Source: Bugula neritina (Eukaryota; Animalia; Bryozoa). Taken from it: a stretch of 64,000 nt of DNA. The notes below the pieces were generated by a model. The model was not told the origin of the DNA and searched no databases. It saw only the letters and a program-made list of their open reading frames with translations. Below are positions 56,496 to 64,000 of the stretch, piece after piece (position 1 is the stretch's first letter; each line of letters opens with the position of its first letter). The stretch is from the NCBI GenBank assembly GCA_964035545.1, contig OZ037765.1, forward strand, positions 6,396,698 through 6,460,697. The letters are read 5' to 3'. The position numbers and the translations under genes were made by a program.

Positions 56496-59400
56496 TCAGG
56501 AAAGTTTGGCTTTCCTCTGCTCGGCAATCCACTTTTGAATCCGTAATTTCAGTTGTGAATCTGGAATGACTTGGTCCAAAGAAAGTGGATTTCTGTTGAA
56601 AGGATCATTTTGGTCACTAGAGTAAACAAACAAGTAACACATTAACATAACCCATAATATGCATGTGTATGCTCCCAGTAAAGTATGTTATATTGAGATA
56701 AAATTTAGCTTACAACACATTCTGTTTTTCTATTCTTATTGTAAAACTCCAATCTCATATAAAAAATGTTGTATCAACTTAGGATAGACTTCATCTTTTA
56801 TCACGAGCACATTAGCACATAAGCAAGTATTTTAATTTAGCTATTTTAACAGTCCATGTATAATATTTTCCCCACGACCTCAATGTCCCCCATCACTAGT
56901 GAAAATGAAATTCTTTTATTAATAATAATTGAAAGCAATTATTAAATATCTCAATGTCTAACAAATGGAAAAATATTGGAAATATCTTTCAGTAAAAAGA
57001 ATAAATTGTGAAGGAAAAAGTAATGATAGACTAGTACCTGAGTATGTGCCTAGCAATAGTAGACTTATCAATTACGGTTTTACTACTAGGAAGAATAACT
57101 GGATCCTTCATCAATGTGCCCAAAAGAGGGTCTAGAAACTCCTCAGGGGCAGAGGCTACCAAGTCGTCATCTTCCAGTTGTTTCGCTGCAGCGTTCTACA
57201 AATTAAAGGGTCAAATATTACATAACTATGATTGACTTTCAATTGGGTATTACAGATATATATATAAATTTAATTGTAACTCAAAAAGAAGCTACAATAT
57301 ATAAAAAGACAATGACAGAATTCACAGTTCACTTATTAAACTTAATCACCACGTTGTTGTTTTGGGAAGTGGGTGAATGAAACACTTATCTTGCACTGAG
57401 TATTAAAGTTTAGTATTGAATCCAGAGTATATCATTATATTATAATATATTATAATATTATGTAATTATAATACATTATATGATGAAATTATTATATATG
57501 CAAAAGCTTACAAATAATAAAGTTGCAAATTGGTAGACACTTGCCTCTATTGTGTGACCCAGTTCAGTAAACTGCTGTATTTTATGAAAAGGATGATGTA
57601 TTTTGTTGAGCACAGCGATAGCTTGAAGGAAGAGCTTAGGGGAGTAGCTCCGACCATCTCCAGAAACTGCTTCACAGAAACTCTCACTGTGAGCGAGATT
57701 GAGGTAAATGTCACTAATCTCCGCTACAACGACTGCGGGCTTAAACTCGTACTTTGCAAACTCTTTAACTTTAAACGCGCCCATCTGGGGTCCAGTCTAC
57801 AAGAATAAAGATCCATATATGAGTTTATTAACAATGATGATCAAAGTGAAGACTACTTATTTTCATATATATTTGAGTTAGACACTGTAGTGTTGAGATT
57901 ACCCCATAGTGTAATGGTTAGCACGCTAGCTTGCAAGTTGGAAATCAGCTGTTCCTGGTGGGGGCAGAAACTTTTACAGACACGCCGTTCAAACTGTACT
58001 TGAATTGGAAAATCAAAGTGAAGCAAAATTTATTCATAAAACAATACTCACTAGTTCGCGCAAGAAATAGTTGAGCATGGAGGCAATTCTGTCCACCATG
58101 ACACTGTGACAGAAGAGCTTGGAGCACTCAGATGTAAGAAGTGAGAGGGTGTGAATAGTGTCCAGCGCCGCTGAGTTATGGAACCGAGCAAACTGAGCCA
58201 TCTGAGACATGTTAGCTTCTCTCCGCTGCATCTCTCGCTGCGACATGGTGGCGGCAGATTCCTGGTTCTCCTGTTCCTTCTCCTTCAACTGTTTCATTAG
58301 CTACCAACAAAACACCAACTCAATTACACTAGAAGCTGCTCGCCTGAAACAGCTACATAAGACAAAGTTGCGTTTGAACCGCGTTAAAGTATGCAAGCAT
58401 ACTTACATCAAGGGCTTCACCTAGAAGAAAGTTGGCATCATTAACTAGGAGGTTAACAAACTTGAGGAAGAGGGGAGGATCGGTGTGTTCGATGTCTTCA
58501 AGAGCCACATCAGCCAACCTCTAAAAGTGTCATTAGGAATAGCTTTTTGAATAGAAATACACAACAGGTATTGTCCAATAATTGGCTATTACTTCATACT
58601 AATAAAGATAGAGCTCTGCTACGCAGTTCAGTAACAAATATTAAATACTAAACCAATTTAGAGACAAGAAACAGAGAATGGCACTTACGATGCCACCACT
58701 TACCACTATGGCTTTCTGGTGCAAATCTATTTTCCAAATATAATCTATAACCTTGTACATGGGCTGTCTATAGTTGAGTTTCTGTTCAAACTGTACAGAC
58801 TCGCCGGTAGTCTCAATACTGACAAACACTGTGAACAGAACCTCAGCTAAGTTATCAATGTTTGGGTGGCTTGTAAACAGCTCCCTTTTCCTCATCTCCT
58901 GACTAAAGACAACAATATAACATCATACACTATGCAGCAGTGTGTCATAATATGATAGTGGCTTATATTGTAAGCTCCTCTCACTTATTGTAACTATATA
59001 TTAATATTGTGTTTTATATTATAAATTATTTAACCTAATAAACTAGTAAATGATCCACACAACAAAACAAGACAATACGACACAGTGTTACACAATCACT
59101 GCATTCTCATACCTCCCATTATGTGGATTCTCATTGAATGCATGGGGATAGGTAATCGAATGAAACCACACCCATGGGTTAATGCAAGTGGTATCCACTG
59201 ATGTATGGGAAAGTGGTGAATGATTTTAAATTATTGTGTTTAGCAGCCATGCTTATCTCTTTAATAAACATCCAATTTCGTTGTTCTACTCTTCAATGTT
59301 CATAAAAATGTTTTGTTTTGAACCAAGCAACACAGGCACTTGTAAATAATAATTAGCCCAAAGTTTATACAATGTCAAAGTTTTGAAAGATTTCAAGAAA

Positions 59401-62400
59401 TCACATAGCTTTAAAGGTTCTCTAACGTCTGCCATCATTATTTACCTTAGAGAAAAGTTTTTAACATGAAATAATTGTAATACGAATTATACAAAGACTA
59501 TAGTGCAGTTACTGCCTGCCCAACCAGTATGATAAAATAACATGGAAAAGTCAGGACTTTCTGCCACTTGACTTTTCCTGCATCAGAAAGCTTAAAACTT
59601 ACTGATTATCAGCGAAACTATGTTCTATTCATTGGCAAAATATGTACATTGACAAAAGGTTTATCAAGTGTCATTTAACTTTACATAATGCTTTCATGGG
59701 ACTCTTAGTACTATATTGTATGGCAAAGAATTTAGTTATTTGACGCAATATTGTTATGCTAGGTAGAGATTTAGTCAATCTCAAGCTATCTAATAATACG
59801 ATATACATACACATTTTACTATACATGGTCATCAATGCAAAATGTCATTACATTCAAGAATTTCCTATTTAATTAAATGTGCCGTTTAGGTTGCATGTAT
59901 TTAGTCTCAAAACTGACGAAGGCTCTCACAGAATTTTAGAACATAATTTAACTAAGGTAGAATACTAGCCCCTAATGTCAACACCTCAAAACACATCTCA
60001 TGATGTGTTATCAAGCCTGACCAGTATACAACATCAAACCAATTAATCAAGTATGTCATAGAATGGTATAATCTGCTTTGATAAAACTTTAGATTATTTA
60101 CATTAAAAATATATAAAACCATTTAGATTATGACTTTAAGCAACTTGAAAGAATATTTTGAAGATACAGTAAAAGCAATCTAAAAACTTGCACAATATCC
60201 CTCCCAGTAGAGTTGTTGTCCTCGTTGGGCATCATTTCACACAGAACCTCGGCCAACTTGGCTCTTAAATGTGGATTCTTAAGTCTAGACTTGCTTCCCA
60301 TAAACACTAAGATGAGATCCATGAAATGGCCACCAAACTCCAAGACATCCTATGCACCAATACATATAGTGGATAAACTTAGTTGTTTGGTAAAAAAAAA
60401 GAAGATACGATAACTGGTTGCGGAACAAATAAGCATAAGTAAAATAACGATAAATTAAGTAAAAGCACATACTCAAATATGATTAATACTAACCTGTAAA
60501 TAAACACTTTTAAATCGTCTGGTGATGACCATAGCATCTGTGATGTTATTGATGACAAATTCTGGCATACAGCCAAGTAAATGTGTGTTACAAGCTGTCA
60601 GAGGGAATGTTAGAGGAGAAAATAGGCTGACGTTATCCCCACCTGTTGCCAGATATGACAAGTAAGTGGCGCTGGCAATATGAAACCTCAGAATTGGTTT
60701 CAGTAGCTCAGGGTCAACCATGGCTGTTCTGATTGACATATAAGCCTTCATAGCTGCAAAATACAGCAAAGCTACAACTAAGTGCTGCAAAAGATTCTCA
60801 TTATATACGAGTCACTTTACAACATTTGGTACACAAAAAATGTTTTTGTTTTTCGATATTTTATGAACTTATATTTGCTAACATATCTGCTTTTGTTGCC
60901 TAAAAATAATGAAATGGTAACAAATACAACTAATATGTAAATATCGCCACCTATAATATTTTTATGACTTTTAACCAATTTTAATTTTGGGTTTCAATTT
61001 ATTGGTGTACACTAAATAAAGTAAAATGTTAATATTATATGTCCAGTGAAAGTCGGTCTTCGTTGCTAATCATTAAAAACTCAAGTGACTGAATACTCAC
61101 CCCGTTCAAATGCAAACTTGATGGCTTCAGCATTTGGTGCGGCTGGATTATTCTGCACTTGCTGGTATAGAGATTGAATATGATTCAGTTCCCGATTCAA
61201 ATTTAGAAACCTGCAGAATATAAAATAAAAACACCATTCAGGCAAAGCACTGTGCATGGATCAAACAACACTTTATAAAAAAACAATTATGGCTGAGTTG
61301 TTAATAAAAACATCTATATTTCCTAAAATACTTGGAAGTTTTTGTTTCATGAAACAACCCTGAAAAGTTGCATTGAGATTTATTCACCAAAAGAGTTAAA
61401 CAAAAAATAGAGGTTGCAAACACAGTAGGAGAAAATACATGAGTGAATACTTCTGTCTAACAAAAGAATTTGTTAAATTATTTACTACTAAGCTACAACT
61501 TTTCCTTTTTTAAGTATTTCTGCCCAAGTAAATTTGGTAATTTATTTTGAATATAAATTTTATATAACTCGCCAAATGACACAACTCTATTTTATTCAAT
61601 AACAATAATAAACTTCTAGCATGCCCATGGCTATTGTTTACAACATGACACAAGAAAAATTTGTCAACTTCACTAAAACGCTAGTCAACTGTGCCCAGAG
61701 CAAATATGGCAACTTCAAGCAAAGAAACTATCAAAACAATAAAAAGAACAACTAAAAATTTTTGGGATAAATGAAATTACAATGAAAAAAATAGCATGCA
61801 AGAACATCTATGTATAACATTACTTCTCATTGGTTCCGTGTACACCGAGATACAGCGCCTGCTGAGTTAGGAAGAACATATCACAGACGAATCCATACTC
61901 AGTTGGCATCTCTAATTCCTTCACCTCATTCTCTTCCAGCGAGATTAGGAAAGTTTCATCAGGCAACCCTAATGAGCGAATAGAATAAGAAGTGCATTAC
62001 ATTGCATAGTCTAACATTACCGGTATACAAGGCAATTACTAATGGGACAGAGTCCACAAATTTTACAAGCACTCAACAATTATTTTGATATTCCTGTTTC
62101 ACAATAGCTGAATGTGATTAGAGCAATAGGGGAATAGAAGCTACTAGAGAGAGAGAGAGGGGGGGGGAGGGGGAGGAGAGGGGGAGAGAGGGAGGAGGGG
62201 GAGAGAGGGAGGAGGGAGAGAGAGGGGGAGGAAAAGAGAGATTCACCTTAAATTGTAAATAATTGTATGAAATATGGCCTACATCGCAATAGAAAATATG
62301 ATTTGACAGTTTCATCCAAATTTTAAAAAACCTATCAATTGCATAGCAAAGTCCAGGCGCTGATTCGCGTTGATATAACAAGCTGTAATAAAATACCCAA

Positions 62401-63724
62401 GCAGTGGTGATGTCGCTGCTTCTGATCATTGGCCTCTTTAAACTGCTGCCGACAGTATTGTGGACGCAATTTAAGCAGCAATGAACTCTTCGGCTTACAA
62501 AATGGCTCACACATCCGCACGAGGACGTTGCAAAGATTCAGCATCAGGCCGTCACTGCATTCGTCTCGAGGTGGAGCTCCATCCATAGCCATTGTGGAGG
62601 CCAGCTGCACCCGCCCTTAAATATACCACAAAAATCATTAGGATGTAGAAAAAAGAGGCAATGAAATCTAAAGCTTATGACAGTGAAAGAGCTACAGCAA
62701 CTGTAATTTAGAGCCATATGTACATGACCATATTTCAAGTATAGAATTACGAAATCGAGTGATTTGATCGTACTAATGTTGTATATCATATATTCTCTTC
62801 AAAGTTATGTGTTTTATTGAACATTTGAAGTTAGATAACTAACCACCAGAGCTCATAAAACAGCATGCACCTGAAACAATTACACATTAACAAAAAGACC
62901 AAATAAAAATTATAGTTGTGCCTCCTTGAACCATTGCAGTCTTGTTCATTGCCACACCCAATGTTTTAACACAAGGCACCCTACCAGAGTTGGCAGCTAT
63001 GAGTCTTCCAATCCAATTGAGAAGAACATGTTTGGTGCGTGGAGACAATCTGAATATTTTGTTGAATAGGTTATACATGCAACTGGTAATCATGGATGAA
63101 TTCTACAACACAAAATAAAACTCCCTGTTCATTCTTCCACATGTACTGTAATCACAAGAAGGTTTACAATATGGCAAACTGCAACATAATATATTCATAT
63201 CAGAACAGTATAATATTTTCTTTCCTAATTGCAGATAACTGGTTCGGTTTCCAAACCAACCAATCGCTGTATAGCTTTAATGCACCATTACTGATTAAAA
63301 TGCTATAAAACCTATTTATTGGCCTAAAATATCTTTTAATTACCTTTTTTAAGATTGTCAATAACATAGGCTATGATAGTTTCTTATGACTAGTCACTAT
63401 CTTTACTAAAAGCACAAGCTGTTGATTCCCTCTTATTTAGCAAGTTTGATATTTAATTGGGAAATCCGTGGAAACTGCAACTTGTTCTACTTGAACAAGT
63501 ATTTCAACTTCTTATTATCTAGTAACTCAACATACAGAATATGCTAAAGCCTCAGCTCTATCCACGTCTGCTTGAGTCATTTTGGCAGGGTCAGTGAACA
63601 GGTCATTAGCCGCCCCTTCCCTGTAATGTCCAGGAGCACAGCTACTGCTCAGTATCGTCCCAAACAGGGATTCTTCAAATGCTCGTGCTGAGCTAGATGT
63701 AGTGTTTGTGTAACCTAGCAACAC
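56496..63724 (-). CDS. UBE4A: Ubiquitin conjugation factor E4 A (Ufd2 family U-box ligase), 5'-partial; 13 exons in the window, the gene continues beyond the window
   Basis: Ufd2 core motifs ([88 protein letters not shown]) and U-box [23 protein letters not shown]...[21 protein letters not shown] at 56498-56496. The QFEQKxNYR.PMY motif favours UBE4A over UBE4B. Confidence 0.93.
57900..57966 (+). pseudogene. Degenerate tRNA or tRNA-derived SINE head, antisense within a UBE4A intron
   Basis: CCCCA...TGGGG acceptor remnant, intact D-arm and A-box (TAGTGTAATGGTTAGCAC), anticodon stem CTAGC/GTTGG with a 6-nt loop TTGCAA, and a T-arm truncated after GTTC. It is not a functional tRNA. Confidence 0.7.
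62146..62240. repeat. Pure purine (G/A) tract in a UBE4A intron
   Basis: About 95 nt of only G and A with several G-runs of 3 or more. Confidence 0.9.
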
Positions 63725-64000
63725 CTAAACAACACAAATATATAAAAACTTTACATCGTCTTATAATGCGAATACTTGTAGAATGCAATCATGAGTTTAA
63801 TTATTATAATCAAAACCAAAATATATTAACTTGCTGAACTACTAGTTACAACAGCCTTAAAATATTTGAGCAAGTATTATATGTTAGCTCAAGTATAGAC
63901 TTAAAATGCACAACTACAACATTAACTTTTACAATACAAAAATATACCGCTGAAGCTTCTTGCAAATAGTAAAATAATTATTTTTTCCTTTCTTATCATT

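Noticed and set aside
62118-62510. 130-aa Pro/Ser/Leu-rich ORF
   Set aside because: It runs from an off-frame UBE4A exon through the intronic C/T tract; the composition is a repeat artefact.

Overview
AT-rich, intron-rich animal genomic DNA, probably an invertebrate (lophotrochozoan-like; the taxon cannot be fixed from sequence alone). Five conserved multi-exon genes can be assembled by hand from splice sites. They are glucosidase II beta/PRKCSH (+, 2597-7074), two tandem minus-strand doublesex/mab-3 genes (Dmrt93B-type 14627-17074; DmrtA/Dmrt4-5/99B-type 28406-30856), INTS1 (-, 34259-54734, about 39 coding exons) and a 5'-truncated UBE4A (-, 56496 to >63724). Most ORF-track entries are single exons of these genes or noise. 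The least explained items: (1) an unannotated two-exon secreted peptide gene at 391-1008 with a Gly-Lys-Arg amidation site and a TPPPFNP motif like insect proline-rich antimicrobial peptides; (2) a G.U-rich intronic hairpin in PRKCSH; (3) a near-identical copy of an INTS1 acceptor plus exon start placed directly behind a downstream donor; (4) 6-nt 'stutter' sequence upstream of both housekeeping genes; (5) a cluster of DM-domain binding cores downstream of Dmrt93B; (6) GC-AG introns in UBE4A; (7) several splice-site-adjacent minisatellites. No CRISPR, rRNA or intact tRNA was seen. All gene models are manual and have no transcript support.
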